NCBI GenBank assembly: GCA_963722655.1
Contig: CAVRNT010000002.1
Location: 71,461 to 135,460 of the forward strand
Source: an uncultured bacterium
Lineage (GTDB): Bacteria; Patescibacteriota; Minisyncoccia; UBA6257; GWB1-50-10
Length of the DNA: 64,000 nt
Reading direction: 5' to 3'
Notes under the pieces: model-generated
Told to the model about the DNA's origin: nothing
What the model saw: the letters and a program-made list of their open reading frames with translations, nothing else
The model's database searches: none
In this document: positions 21,988 through 32,588 of the stretch, piece by piece
How the letters are laid out: each line of letters opens with the position of its first letter
How positions within the stretch are numbered: the stretch's first letter is position 1
Made by a program: the position numbers and the translations under genes

Positions 21988-24507
21988 ATGTCATTCCTGA
22001 TCAAGTTATTCAAGGACAGTAACCTAAAACGCTACCAAAACCTGGTAGCGGTTATTAACGCCTTGGAACCGGAACTCCAGAAGCTTTCCGGCGAAGAGCT
22101 CAAGGCGCATTCCCTCGCGCTCAAAGAAGAGGTCAAAAATGGCAAGACCCTGGACGAAGCTATGCCCCTGGCCTTCGCCCTGGCCCGGGAATCCGGCAAG
22201 CGCACGCTCGGCCAGCGCCACTTCGACGTCCAGCTCATCGGCGGCATGGCCCTCCACGACGGCAAGATCGCCGAGATGCTCACGGGTGAAGGCAAGACCT
22301 TGGCCGCGACGGCGCCGGCCTACCTGAACGCGCTTGCGGGTGAAGGCGTCCACGTCGTCACGGTGAACGACTACCTCGCGAAGCGCGATACGACCTGGAT
22401 GGGCCAGATCTACGACGCCTTGGGACTCAAGGTGGCCTGCATCGTCCACGATTCTTCTTATATTTACGACCAAAGTTTCCAAGGAGAGGAGAAGGCTGAT
22501 AAGGAGCGCGACGCGCTCGGTTCCTTCCGGGTGGCCGAGAAATTCCTCCGACCCGTCACGCGCCGAGAAGCCTACGCGGCGGACATCACTTACGGCACGA
22601 ACCATGATTTCGGTTTTGATTACCTCCGCGACAACCTCGCCATCCGCTCCGCCGACCGCGCCCAGAGGAAACACAATTTCGCCATCATCGACGAGGTGGA
22701 CAGCATTCTAATCGACGAGGCCCGAACGCCGCTCATCATCGCCGCGCCCGACATGCAGGCGAGCGAGTTCTACAAGACCTTCGCCAAGGTCGTCGAGCGC
22801 TTGAACGATGACGAGGACTACGAAACGGACGAGAAGCTCAAGACCGTGAGCATTACGGACGCGGGGATAGAAAAGGTGGAGAAGATGACCGGCATAGAGA
22901 ACATCTACGCGCCGGAGAACCTCCGCCTCGTCCATTTCCTCCAGGAGAGCTTGAAGGCCAAGGCCCTTTTTAAGCGCGACCGCGACTACATCGTCCGCCA
23001 GGGCGAGGTCATCATCGTGGACGAGTTCACGGGGCGGATGCTCATGGGCCGGCGCTACTCCTGGGGCCTCCACCAGGCGATCGAGGCCAAGGAAGGCGTG
23101 CCGGTCCAGAACGAGAACCGCACCTTCGCCCAGGTCACCATCCAGAACTACTTCCGTCTTTACGGGAAGATCGCCGGAATGACCGGCACCGCCGAAACCT
23201 CGGCCGAGGAGTTCCAGAAGGTCTACAAATTGGACGTCGTCTCCATCCCGCCGAACCGGCCGATGGTACGCCAAGACCTACCGGACCTCATTTACAAGAA
23301 CAAGGACGCCAAATATCGGGCCGTCGCGGAGGACGTAAAGAAGCAACGGGCGGCCGGGCGACCGATCCTCGTCGGCACGACATCCATCACGAACAACGAG
23401 GTCATTTCCTCGTACCTCACCAAGGCCAACATCCCGCACGAGGTCTTGAACGCCAAAAACCACGAACGAGAAGGGGAGATCATCGCCCAGGCCGGGCGGG
23501 CGGGGGCCGTGACGGTCGCGACCAACATGGCCGGCCGCGGCGTAGACATCATCTTGGGCGGCAATCCGCCGGACAAGGCAGAGGCAGAGAAGATCAAGGC
23601 GGCGGGGGGGCTCCACGTCGTCGGCACCGAACGCCATGAGGCGCGCCGCATCGACAACCAGCTCCGCGGGCGGAGCGGCCGGCAAGGCGACCCCGGCTCC
23701 ACCCAGTTCTACCTTTCACTCGAGGACGACCTAATGCGCATCTTCGGCGGCGACCGCATCAAGGGGATGATGCAGACGCTGAACTTCCCGGAGGACACGC
23801 CCATTAGGTCCAAGATCGTCACCAAATCCGTGAACCAGGCCCAAACGAAGGTGGAGGGGGCGAACTTCGACATCCGCCATCACCTCCTGGACTTCGACGA
23901 CGTCTTGAACAAACAGCGCAGCGCGATCTACGCCCGCCGCAGCAAGTTCATCGAGGCCGGTGAGAAGAACGAGATCCTGCCGCTCCTTTCGGAGACCGTC
24001 CGCCACTTCGCGGAAGGGTACGAGCAGGCGCTCCGCGCCCAGATGGATATCGAACCAGACAAGGTCGGCGATATCGAAAAGCAGATAGCGGAGGCTGAAG
24101 AGCGCCTGAAGAAGTTGCCGGAAACGCTCGAGCCGCAAAAAGCCGCGCTCTTGGGCCAACATATGACGCAGATCTTGGATACGCTTTGGGTGGACCATCT
24201 GGAGAACCTGGAATCCCTCCGCGAATCGGTGAACATCCGCGCCTACGGCCAGCATGAGCCGCTCGTCGAGTACCGCCGCGACGCCCACGGCCTGTATCAG
24301 CGCCTCCAAAACGCCTTCGAATCGCTCCTCTGGGACACATTCGTCCAGGTCCTGAATGTCGATCTGAATCAAGTGCGTCCTGCACAAAACACGATTAGCA
24401 TCGGCCCGCAGGGTCAAGCGCCCTCCGGACCGAAAAAGGACATCGGCCGCAACGACCCTTGTTGGTGCGGTTCCGGGAAGAAATTTAAGAAATGCCACGG
24501 AGCTTAG
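21988..24507 (+). CDS. secA: preprotein translocase ATPase SecA
   Basis: Full-length match to SecA: the N-terminus 'FDVQLIGGMALHDGKIAEMLTGEGKTL', 'ATNMAGRGVDI', and the C-terminal zinc finger 'CWCGSGKKFKKCHG'. Confidence 0.97.
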   Translation: MSFLIKLFKDSNLKRYQNLVAVINALEPELQKLSGEELKAHSLALKEEVKNGKTLDEAMPLAFALARESGKRTLGQRHFDVQLIGGMALHDGKIAEMLTGEGKTLAATAPAYLNALAGEGVHVVTVNDYLAKRDTTWMGQIYDALGLKVACIVHDSSYIYDQSFQGEEKADKERDALGSFRVAEKFLRPVTRREAYAADITYGTNHDFGFDYLRDNLAIRSADRAQRKHNFAIIDEVDSILIDEARTPLIIAAPDMQASEFYKTFAKVVERLNDDEDYETDEKLKTVSITDAGIEKVEKMTGIENIYAPENLRLVHFLQESLKAKALFKRDRDYIVRQGEVIIVDEFTGRMLMGRRYSWGLHQAIEAKEGVPVQNENRTFAQVTIQNYFRLYGKIAGMTGTAETSAEEFQKVYKLDVVSIPPNRPMVRQDLPDLIYKNKDAKYRAVAEDVKKQRAAGRPILVGTTSITNNEVISSYLTKANIPHEVLNAKNHEREGEIIAQAGRAGAVTVATNMAGRGVDIILGGNPPDKAEAEKIKAAGGLHVVGTERHEARRIDNQLRGRSGRQGDPGSTQFYLSLEDDLMRIFGGDRIKGMMQTLNFPEDTPIRSKIVTKSVNQAQTKVEGANFDIRHHLLDFDDVLNKQRSAIYARRSKFIEAGEKNEILPLLSETVRHFAEGYEQALRAQMDIEPDKVGDIEKQIAEAEERLKKLPETLEPQKAALLGQHMTQILDTLWVDHLENLESLRESVNIRAYGQHEPLVEYRRDAHGLYQRLQNAFESLLWDTFVQVLNVDLNQVRPAQNTISIGPQGQAPSGPKKDIGRNDPCWCGSGKKFKKCHGA

Positions 24508-24812
24508 TCACTCATAGATTGCGTTTCCGAGCTGTTAACAAAGATATTTGGGGCGCTATCAAAAGCGGCCGGAAGAAAGTGGAGACCCGCGCCGCAACCG
24601 TGAGATATGAGAACATCAAGGTAGGGGATACGATAGAATTTATCTGCGGCAAACAGAAGTTCCGGAAGGTCGCGAGGAAAGTAAAAATACATAAAAACAT
24701 CGAGGCCTTGGTTAAGGCCTACGGCTTCAAAGCAATAAACCCGAACGTAAATTCGACCAAAGAACTGCGCGAACTTTATTACACTTTCCCCGACTATCAC
24801 GATAAAGATTAA
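24492..24812 (+). CDS. ASCH-domain protein
   Basis: 'IKSGRKKVETRA' matches the GxKxxExR ASCH motif. ~105 aa. Confidence 0.55.
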   Translation: MPRSLVTHRLRFRAVNKDIWGAIKSGRKKVETRAATVRYENIKVGDTIEFICGKQKFRKVARKVKIHKNIEALVKAYGFKAINPNVNSTKELRELYYTFPDYHDKD

Positions 24813-24842
24813 AAAGTCCGGCCTTATTGCCATCGAATTAAG

Positions 24843-25817
24843 ATGAAAAGAGCTTTCATTATTGTCGGGGTGGTCATCTTAGTTATTGTGGCTGGATATT
24901 ATTTCCTCCTCACGGCGCCGCAGGGGAACGCCCAAGCGGAGAGGTTCGTTGTGGCCCAAGGCGAGACGCGGGCGCAGACGGTCCAGGCGCTTTCAAGCGG
25001 TGGATACATCAGAAGCTCTTTCGGTTTCACGCTGGCCTCGATTTTGACGGGCAAATCAGGTGGCATCGCGCCCGGCGGATACAAGCTCTCCAAGTCGATG
25101 AACGTCTTCGAGGTCATTTCCGTCCTGAACGCGCCACCCTATATGAAATGGGTGACGGTCAAAGAGGGGGTGCGGAAGGAGCAGATCGCTGATCTGCTCC
25201 AGACGACCCTCGGCTGGAGCGACGCGACGAAGAGCGAGTTCCTGAACGCCTACCAGACGCTCGGCGGCAGCGATTACAAGGAGGGAGTCTATTTCCCAAA
25301 TACCTACCTTCTACCCGTTGACGAAACCGGAACGCAAATCGCCCAAAGGTTCGTCGCGCAGTTCGACGAAGCCTTCGCGCCTTATGCCAAAGAGGCAACC
25401 GCCCAGAATATAAAATGGACGACGGCCCTTAAGATCGCCTCGCTCATAGAGCGCGAAGCGGCCGGGCCGAGCGATATGGCGCTCATCTCCGGCATCATCT
25501 GGAACCGACTTGAGCAGGGAATGAAGCTCCAGATAGACGCGACGATCCAATATACCCGCGGTGACACGGGGAGTGGCTACTGGGCGCCGCTTTCGGCCAC
25601 CGATCTTAAGTTAAACTCACCCTATAACACCTATCTCCATGCTGGCCTCCCGCCGACGCCCATCTGCGATCCGGGATTGAACGCCATCGTCGCGGCCCTC
25701 AATCCGGCGAAGACCGACTGCCTTTATTACATCCACGACTCGACCGGCCTCATTCACTGCTCTGCCACGTATGCCGGACAGGAGGTAAATATCAATAAAT
25801 ATTTGAAAAATCAATGA
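24843..25817 (+). CDS. mltG: endolytic murein transglycosylase MltG (YceG-like)
   Basis: N-terminal TM, 'GVYFPNTY', 'SLIEREA', and 'NSPYNTYLHAGLPPTPICDPGLNAIVAALNP'. Confidence 0.85.
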   Translation: MKRAFIIVGVVILVIVAGYYFLLTAPQGNAQAERFVVAQGETRAQTVQALSSGGYIRSSFGFTLASILTGKSGGIAPGGYKLSKSMNVFEVISVLNAPPYMKWVTVKEGVRKEQIADLLQTTLGWSDATKSEFLNAYQTLGGSDYKEGVYFPNTYLLPVDETGTQIAQRFVAQFDEAFAPYAKEATAQNIKWTTALKIASLIEREAAGPSDMALISGIIWNRLEQGMKLQIDATIQYTRGDTGSGYWAPLSATDLKLNSPYNTYLHAGLPPTPICDPGLNAIVAALNPAKTDCLYYIHDSTGLIHCSATYAGQEVNINKYLKNQ

Positions 25818-25919
25818 AACAGCATTCAAAAGTGGGGAATCGCCCAGGCAGGCCTACTTATCGGACTCCGGCGAGCTTCCGCATCAAGCAATACGCTAGA
25901 ATGAGAAAGATAAAAAGAA

Positions 25920-26579
25920 ATGGAAGGTAAACTCTATATCGTCGCGACGCCGATCGGGAATTTGAAGGATATCACCGAACGGGCGGTGGAGACGCTCAAA
26001 AACGCGGACCTGGTCCTCGCCGAAGACACCCGCGTCACGGGGAAGCTTTTGCTCCATTTCGGCATCAAAAAGTCCATCTGGCGCTTCGATGAGTACGCGA
26101 AAGAGAGTTCGTATGAAAAGATAAAAGAGCTACTAAAAGAGGGGAAGAATGTCGCTTTCGTCTCCGACGCCGGCACGCCGAACATCGCCGACCCAGGCGC
26201 AAAGCTCGTCGGTGCCATCAATGACGCCCTGCCGGACGTCCGCGTCATCCCCATACCGGGACCATCGGCAATTGCGACGGCCCTTTCCGCATCGGGGTTG
26301 AATGCCGATAAGTTCACTTTCCTCGGCTATCCGCCCCACAAGAAGGGGAGGCAAACGTTCTTCAAAGAGCTCGCGGAGATCAAGATCCGACCGGTCATTT
26401 TCTACGAATCTCCCCACCGCCTTGCGAAAACGCTGGAAGCTCTCGGCGAAGGCGGGGTCATCGTCGCCAAAGAGCTTACGAAAATCCACGAAGAGATCTG
26501 GCGCGGGCCGGCGAGCACGGCATTCAAATACTTTTCAAAAGAGAAAGGGAAGGGGGAATTCGTGATAATCATTCCGTAA
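25920..26579 (+). CDS. rsmI: 16S rRNA (cytidine1402-2'-O)-methyltransferase RsmI
   Basis: 'LYIVATPIGNLKDIT' and 'AEDTR' tetrapyrrole-methylase-fold motifs. Confidence 0.9.
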   Translation: MEGKLYIVATPIGNLKDITERAVETLKNADLVLAEDTRVTGKLLLHFGIKKSIWRFDEYAKESSYEKIKELLKEGKNVAFVSDAGTPNIADPGAKLVGAINDALPDVRVIPIPGPSAIATALSASGLNADKFTFLGYPPHKKGRQTFFKELAEIKIRPVIFYESPHRLAKTLEALGEGGVIVAKELTKIHEEIWRGPASTAFKYFSKEKGKGEFVIIIP

Positions 26580-27181
26580 TGAGCGGCTATCCCGGAAAAA
26601 GAGCTTTTGATATTTTGGGAGGTTTCATCGCCTCCGTTTTTACGGTCATCCTCACCCCATTCGTCGGACTCGCCATCATCATTGAGAGCGGCTGGCCGGT
26701 ATTCGTGCGCCTCGAAAGGATAAGCGGCGGCAAGACCATCCGCGTCTGGAAGCTCCGAACCATGGTCAAAGGCGCGCACGAGATGAAACCGCAACTCGCC
26801 GATCTGAACGAACGCCGGGACGGACCGCTTTTCAAGATCAAGAACGATCCGCGCCTCACGCGCGTCGGCAAATTCCTGCGCAAACTGCGCCTGGACGAAT
26901 TCCCGCAGTCGTTCAACGTGCTTGCGGGCGATCTCTCGCTCGTCGGCCCGCGGCCGCATGAGCCGGGAGAGATAGAGAAGTATCCGCCGGAGTTCAAAAG
27001 AATCGCCGAGGCCAAATCCGGCCTTACCGGGCTATCGCAAGTAATGGGCGCCTCACTCCTGCCCTTTCGGAAGGAACTGGAGTACGACCTCCAATACATC
27101 GAGCACCAGTCGTTTGCACTGGATGTAAAAATACTCTGCAAAACGTTCTTTATTTTCCTATTCGATCCAACGGGCGTATAA
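26579..27181 (+). CDS. undecaprenyl-phosphate sugar phosphotransferase (bacterial sugar transferase, WbaP/PglC-like)
   Basis: 'KRAFDIL', 'WKLRTM', 'DPRLTRVGKFLRKLRLDEFPQSFNVLAGDLSLVGPRP'. Confidence 0.85.
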   Translation: MSGYPGKRAFDILGGFIASVFTVILTPFVGLAIIIESGWPVFVRLERISGGKTIRVWKLRTMVKGAHEMKPQLADLNERRDGPLFKIKNDPRLTRVGKFLRKLRLDEFPQSFNVLAGDLSLVGPRPHEPGEIEKYPPEFKRIAEAKSGLTGLSQVMGASLLPFRKELEYDLQYIEHQSFALDVKILCKTFFIFLFDPTGV

Positions 27182-27224
27182 AAAATCCCGGAAAATCAAT
27201 TCCGGGATCGGAGGCTAGTCACGA

Positions 27225-28133
27225 TCATTTCATGCCAAGCCGCTTATAGATCTTATTCGCTTCGTGGATGTACGGGTCAACGTCTAAAATATAGCCCATC
27301 TTTCTTTCTACATCCGCTAGTTGCATAAGCGCATCGGCAGTATGGCGAGGCCATTTAGCCTCTCTGGCTGCCTTCAAACCAAATTGCGCCTTGTCCAAAG
27401 CCTTTTGCAAACTGAACCGCTGGCCAGATTCCGAATCGGCGTATAATTGGCTCAACCGAATGTAGGAAGATGGGACAGCATACTTATAGGCCTTGCGTGC
27501 CATTTCGTTGGCGTTCTCCAATCTGCGCTCGGCTTCCGGCCAATTGTGCTGCCTCAAGGCAACGTTCCCTAGGTCGCCCCAAAGCGTCGTTAGGCGCTCA
27601 TAATAGTTGGCCTGGGTAGCCCAGTTCATCGAGATCCAAAAGTACTTTTCCGCTTCAGAAAGATTACCGGTGTCATAGTAATAATTCCCCAATGCAGCGT
27701 AAGTATTAGCCGCGACACGCCACGCTGCTTTCCTGTGATCGTTCCACGCGCTCTTTTCCATGATGGCGGATTTCGGGCTTAGCGATTGCAATTCCTTCTC
27801 TAAAACATCGACCGCTTCGTCGATATCCTTAAAGGCGCCACTAAAATCTTTCAAAGCGTTGAGCTTGAAGAATCCTTGTTTACGCAGGAAATCCACGTAC
27901 GTCAACTTGAATCCTTCGTCCCACTGGCTTATATGAGCCGCTATCTCCACCGCTTGCGCGAAAGCTCTTTCCGCACGTCGGATATTACCGCTATCCTGGT
28001 ATAGATTGGCCAAGGCAAAATTCAACTTGGCGATCAATCTTGGTGGTAGCACAAAGAGATGCACGAGGAAACGTAGTAGCGTTATCGATGCCCATCGGCC
28101 AAAGGGGTGATTCCTGATATTCCGGAGTTTCAT
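27225..28133 (-). CDS. TPR-repeat protein
   Basis: Repeated A/Y/W-rich 34-mer-like helices. The longest ORF (to 28262) begins with TTG and adds an implausible Cys/Trp-rich N-terminal extension, so the start is placed at 'MKLRN'. Confidence 0.5.
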   Translation of the reverse strand: MKLRNIRNHPFGRWASITLLRFLVHLFVLPPRLIAKLNFALANLYQDSGNIRRAERAFAQAVEIAAHISQWDEGFKLTYVDFLRKQGFFKLNALKDFSGAFKDIDEAVDVLEKELQSLSPKSAIMEKSAWNDHRKAAWRVAANTYAALGNYYYDTGNLSEAEKYFWISMNWATQANYYERLTTLWGDLGNVALRQHNWPEAERRLENANEMARKAYKYAVPSSYIRLSQLYADSESGQRFSLQKALDKAQFGLKAAREAKWPRHTADALMQLADVERKMGYILDVDPYIHEANKIYKRLGMK

Positions 28134-28261
28134 CCAATCCTCCTCTTTCTTTATTTTTTCATGACAAACTTCCAAATAGACCTTCTCACAAATCCAGCAA
28201 ATTGTAAAGTGAGACGGCCAAAATCTAGCGCAGGCGCGAAAATCGGAGTAAAATATGGCCA

Positions 28262-29356
28262 ATGCGCGTTGCGATACTCCACGATTACTTGAACCAGTTC
28301 GGCGGGGCCGAACGGGTGCTCCAAGTTCTACTTGAAATATTTCCGGACGCCGATCTTTATACTCTCGTCTATGACAAGGAAAAGACGCGCGGCCTCTTCG
28401 AAGGTAAGGTGAAGGGCACGAGCTTCTTGGACTGGCCCCTCGTACGCCGCTACCACCGGCTCTTCATCCCCTTTATGCCGCTCGCCGCGGCCTCTTTCAA
28501 ACAAAAAGGGGATTATGACCTCGTTGTTTCCTCAACGGCCGGCTATGCCAAGGGGTTCAACATCAAAGCGCCCTATCACGTGAGCTACTGCCACAGCCCG
28601 CTCCGCTACGCTTGGGAGATCGATTATATGAAAGATCTGCCTTTTGCCCCTTCCGGCTTCAAGACCGCGGTCGCCAAGCCCATCGCCAAGCTCCTCAAGC
28701 GCTGGGACCGCAAGGCCTCCGCTAAGGTGAATTTCTTCATCGCCAATTCGGCTCACATCGCCGAGAAGGTCCGCTCTTACTACGGCCGCGAGGCCGCCAT
28801 CGTCCATCCGCCGATCGCGGACGACATCTTCTATCCCGAGCCAGAAGGCAAGCGCGATTATTACCTGATGGCCGGCCGGCTCTTATATTACAAATGCTTC
28901 GACCTCGGCATCCTCGCCTTCAACCAGCTTAAAAAGCCGCTCAAGATCGTGGGGCGGGGACCTGAGCTCGCGAAGCTCAAAAAGATCGCCCGGTCGCCTT
29001 ACATCGAGTTCATTGAGGACGCAGATGATGCCGCTCTCCGGCTTATGTACTCCAACGCCAAGGCTCTCATCTTCCCCCAGGTGGAGGACTTCGGCTTGGT
29101 CGCCGCCGAGGCCCAGGCCTGCGGCACCCCCGTCATCGCCTTCGACCAAGGCGGCGCCCGGGAGATCGTGGTGCATAAAAAGACCGGCCTGCTTTTCCCG
29201 AACCAAACGCCCGAGGATATCATCGAGGCGGTCCAGGCCTTCGAGGGAATGAACTTCGATCGGCGCGCCATCGCGAAGAGCGCCCTCCGTTTTTCCAAGG
29301 ATAATTTCAAGCGGAATATCGCCGATATTTTCGCGGAGTTCGGCTTCAGGACATGA
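28262..29356 (+). CDS. GT4-family glycosyltransferase
   Basis: 'FPQVEDFGLVAAEAQACGTPVIAFDQGGAREIV' matches the GT4 EX7E region. Confidence 0.85.
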   Translation: MRVAILHDYLNQFGGAERVLQVLLEIFPDADLYTLVYDKEKTRGLFEGKVKGTSFLDWPLVRRYHRLFIPFMPLAAASFKQKGDYDLVVSSTAGYAKGFNIKAPYHVSYCHSPLRYAWEIDYMKDLPFAPSGFKTAVAKPIAKLLKRWDRKASAKVNFFIANSAHIAEKVRSYYGREAAIVHPPIADDIFYPEPEGKRDYYLMAGRLLYYKCFDLGILAFNQLKKPLKIVGRGPELAKLKKIARSPYIEFIEDADDAALRLMYSNAKALIFPQVEDFGLVAAEAQACGTPVIAFDQGGAREIVVHKKTGLLFPNQTPEDIIEAVQAFEGMNFDRRAIAKSALRFSKDNFKRNIADIFAEFGFRT

Positions 29357-30468
29357 GGATATTTATCGATATCCGTTCCTTAGACACGCCCATCCATTCC
29401 GGCATACCGGAATACGCCTTCGCCCTCACCCGGGAGCTCCTCGCGGAGAAGGAAAACGACGAGTACGTCCTTTTCGCCAACAGCTTCCGTAAGCGGCTGG
29501 AGGACCTGCCGCTCAAAGCCAAAAGCGATGCCTGGATAAATTGGAAGGTCCCGAACCGGATTTTGGATGCCACGAGCTTCTTCCCGCGTCTTCCGAAGAT
29601 CGATCGACTGGTCAAGGCCGATGTCTACTTTAGCCCCCACTTCAACGTCCTGGCCTTCCGCGAACCGCGGCGGCATGTTCTCACCATCCACGACCTTTCC
29701 TTCGCCCATTTCCCCGAATTTTTCCCATGGCGGAAAAATGTCTGGCACTCGGAACAGGGCTGGAAGCGGCAGATCCAGGAGGCAGGGAGGGTAATCGCCG
29801 TCTCGGACTTCACCCGCGACGACATCTTGGATTCTTTCTGCTTACCGGCGGAAAAAGTGGTCCGCGTCTATCCGGGTCTGAACGAAAGATATCGGTCGCT
29901 CCCCAATGGCTCGCCGGATCGCGAGGCGCCCTTTTTCCTTTACGTGGGGACATTGGAGCCGCGCAAGAACGTGATCGGCCTCATCCGGGCCTTCAATCTC
30001 TTCAAGGCGAAACCGGCGAACAAGGATTTTAGATTGGTCATCGCGGGCGCGCCCGGCTGGCTCTATGATAAAATCTTCAAAGAGGCCGCATCTTCGCCGT
30101 ACGCGAAGGACATCGATATCCGAGGGCCAGCGGCGGAAGATGAGGTCTTGCGTCTCTATAACGGCGCCGCCGTCTTCGTCTACCCGTCCTTCTTCGAGGG
30201 CTTCGGTTTCCCGCCTCTCGAGGCACAAAAATGCGGCTTGCCGGTCATCGCCTCTAACCGCTCGTCTTTGCCGGAAATCTTAGGCTCGAGCGCCCTCCTC
30301 GTGGATCCCTACCGCTTGGAGGAGATCACGGCGGCGATGGAAGCGGTTGCGATCGACAATAGCTTGAGAAAAGAGCTCATCCAAAGGGGTTTTCAAAATT
30401 CGGCCCGTTTCAGTTGGCAAAAGGCCGCCGCGGAGACGAGACGAATATTCAAAGATATTAATATTTGA
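29353..30468 (+). CDS. GT4-family glycosyltransferase
   Basis: 'YPSFFEGFGFPPLEAQKCGLPVIASNRSSLPEI'. Confidence 0.85.
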   Translation: MRIFIDIRSLDTPIHSGIPEYAFALTRELLAEKENDEYVLFANSFRKRLEDLPLKAKSDAWINWKVPNRILDATSFFPRLPKIDRLVKADVYFSPHFNVLAFREPRRHVLTIHDLSFAHFPEFFPWRKNVWHSEQGWKRQIQEAGRVIAVSDFTRDDILDSFCLPAEKVVRVYPGLNERYRSLPNGSPDREAPFFLYVGTLEPRKNVIGLIRAFNLFKAKPANKDFRLVIAGAPGWLYDKIFKEAASSPYAKDIDIRGPAAEDEVLRLYNGAAVFVYPSFFEGFGFPPLEAQKCGLPVIASNRSSLPEILGSSALLVDPYRLEEITAAMEAVAIDNSLRKELIQRGFQNSARFSWQKAAAETRRIFKDINI

Positions 30469-32585
30469 AAATGGCCAAGAAAAAAGTCCCTAAAAAGAAC
30501 ATCGAGCCGGTCATTGTGGACGTCAAAAAGCCGACGTTCAATTACGAGCGCTTGGCGAAGTCCGACACCCTGAACTTAACGAGGATCACCCAGCAAAAGA
30601 TCTCGGGCTGGAAGAAGACCCGGCGGGTCCTTTTCGCCTGCCTCGTCGGCTTCATCGTCTTTTTGACCGCCGCGACCATCATCGTCGCGGCGAACCTCCA
30701 GCACGTGAAATCGTCCGTGACCGCGAGCGGCCAGACGCTTGTCCAGAACTTCGTCGCCTCGGCCGACGCCATCAAGAAGTTCGACCCCCAGTCCGCCTCG
30801 AACTATCTGACCGAGAATAACGCCGCCCTTTCGAGCATCAATGCGACGGTGAACCAGGGGTTCACCGGCACGCTCCTCCAGACGCTCGGCAACTTCGTGC
30901 CGCTCTTCAAGAGCGCCGTCGGCTTCCTGGGTCAGGCGATGACCTTGAACTCCGATTTCCTCTCGCTCGCCCAGAACATCTCCGATCTCCAGACCCAGGC
31001 CCTGCCCGACCTGATGCACGACGGCCCATCGCTCATCAAGCTCCTTTACGACACCCACGCGCTCATAGAGAAGATCGCCGCGGAGACCCAAAGCGCCAAG
31101 AACACGACGAGCCAGCTCAAGGACCTCTCGCCCTATTTTGAGAATTTGGACGCCGGCATCGGCAACGATTACCTTAAATACAGCAGCGACCTTTACGCTT
31201 GGGACAACGTCCTCGTGACCCTTACGAACTGGCTCGCTTCCCAGAACGACCGGCATCTTTTGGTCTTCTTCCAAAATCCCGCCGAGATCCGGCCGGGCGG
31301 CGGCTTCATCGGCAGCTACGCCAACATCACGATCCGGAACGGGCAGATGACGAACATAGACGTGCGCGACATCTACGACCCGGACGGCCAGCTCAAGGAG
31401 AAGGTGGAACCGCCGGAAGAGCTCCAGGGGATCACGACGGATTGGGGGGCGCGCGACGCGAACTGGTTCTTCGACGGCCCGACCTCGGCCAAGACCGTCG
31501 TTGACTTCATGGAAGCGTCAAAGATGTACTCGGACGCGAGCACCACTTTCGACGGCGCGATTGCCATCAACATCCATGTCATCGAGGCAATGCTCCAGGC
31601 GACCGGGCCCATCTACCTGCCGGACTACAAGACGACGATCGATGCCTCGAACATCTTGGACGTCGTCCAGCAGCAGACCGAACAGAGCGCCGACAAGAAC
31701 GCCAGCCAGCCCAAGCGCATCCTCCAGGTCCTCGCGCCCTTGCTCCTCCAGAAGATCCAAACGCTCTCGCCCGACGCCGAGCAGGGGCTGATGAGCGCCT
31801 TCAAGGACTTCATCAACACCAAGGACATCACTTTGTACTTCAAGGACCAGAATTTGGCCTCGTTCCTCCAGACGAACGACCTGGACGGCTCGGTCTATGA
31901 CCTGCCGACCGGCTTCTGGGGGAGCTACCTTGCGGTCGTGAACGCGAACGTGGCGGGCGGGAAGAGCGATGCCTACGTCTCGGAAGACATCGCGGCGACC
32001 ATCGATACCGACACGAGCGGCAACATCTTCACCGATACGACCATCACCCGGACGCACACCGGGAACACTCAAACCGAATCCTGGTGGCGGGCGACGAACA
32101 AGGATTTCATCCAGGTCTTCACCGAACCGAACTCCACGCTCGCGACGACGATCGGCGAAAATCAGCGGCCTTCCATTCCGGTCTTCAACTATAAATCCGC
32201 CGGCTATTCGGTGAATCCTGACCTCGCGGCGATCGAGGGCAACGAGACCTTCCTGGGGAACGACCAGACGATGGAGCGGCAGGAGTTCGGCAAGAATGTC
32301 TTCGGCGCCTGGCTCATCCTCCCGGCCGGTCAGACGAAGACGCTTGAAATGCGCTACCAGACGCCGTATAACGATCCAACGCTGGTTTCGGCCGGGCAGA
32401 CCTTCACCTTCATCTTCGAAAGGCAATCCGGCGTTCAGAACTCCCTGAACGTCACGATCAACGCCCCGTTCCACTACGTCTGGGCCGAGAGCGGAACGGC
32501 CTCGTACAACTACCAGTCGGATGACCCGCCGGGAAGGGTGGTCGTGACGCTCACGCTCAAGAACCAGCCTCCGGCCACGGATTAA
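30465..32585 (+). CDS. large membrane-anchored extracytoplasmic protein, DUF4012-like
   Basis: N-terminal TM plus 'FFQNPAEIRPGGGFIGSYANITIRNGQMTNIDVRDIY', which resembles the DUF4012 core. It is translationally coupled to the upstream GTs. Confidence 0.55.
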   Translation: MKMAKKKVPKKNIEPVIVDVKKPTFNYERLAKSDTLNLTRITQQKISGWKKTRRVLFACLVGFIVFLTAATIIVAANLQHVKSSVTASGQTLVQNFVASADAIKKFDPQSASNYLTENNAALSSINATVNQGFTGTLLQTLGNFVPLFKSAVGFLGQAMTLNSDFLSLAQNISDLQTQALPDLMHDGPSLIKLLYDTHALIEKIAAETQSAKNTTSQLKDLSPYFENLDAGIGNDYLKYSSDLYAWDNVLVTLTNWLASQNDRHLLVFFQNPAEIRPGGGFIGSYANITIRNGQMTNIDVRDIYDPDGQLKEKVEPPEELQGITTDWGARDANWFFDGPTSAKTVVDFMEASKMYSDASTTFDGAIAINIHVIEAMLQATGPIYLPDYKTTIDASNILDVVQQQTEQSADKNASQPKRILQVLAPLLLQKIQTLSPDAEQGLMSAFKDFINTKDITLYFKDQNLASFLQTNDLDGSVYDLPTGFWGSYLAVVNANVAGGKSDAYVSEDIAATIDTDTSGNIFTDTTITRTHTGNTQTESWWRATNKDFIQVFTEPNSTLATTIGENQRPSIPVFNYKSAGYSVNPDLAAIEGNETFLGNDQTMERQEFGKNVFGAWLILPAGQTKTLEMRYQTPYNDPTLVSAGQTFTFIFERQSGVQNSLNVTINAPFHYVWAESGTASYNYQSDDPPGRVVVTLTLKNQPPATD

Positions 32586-32588
32586 TGC

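Noticed and set aside
21749-22000. 83-aa ORF upstream of secA
   Set aside because: It overlaps a hairpin-rich probable non-coding leader, has no RBS, and is Gly/Arg-rich. It is more plausibly part of the structured RNA
22024-24498. Multiple 100-250 aa minus-strand ORFs inside secA (e.g. 22024..22674, 22708..23274, 23731..24498)
   Set aside because: They are antisense to a clearly conserved SecA frame. Their Arg/Gly/Ala-rich composition is typical of antisense GC-rich coding DNA
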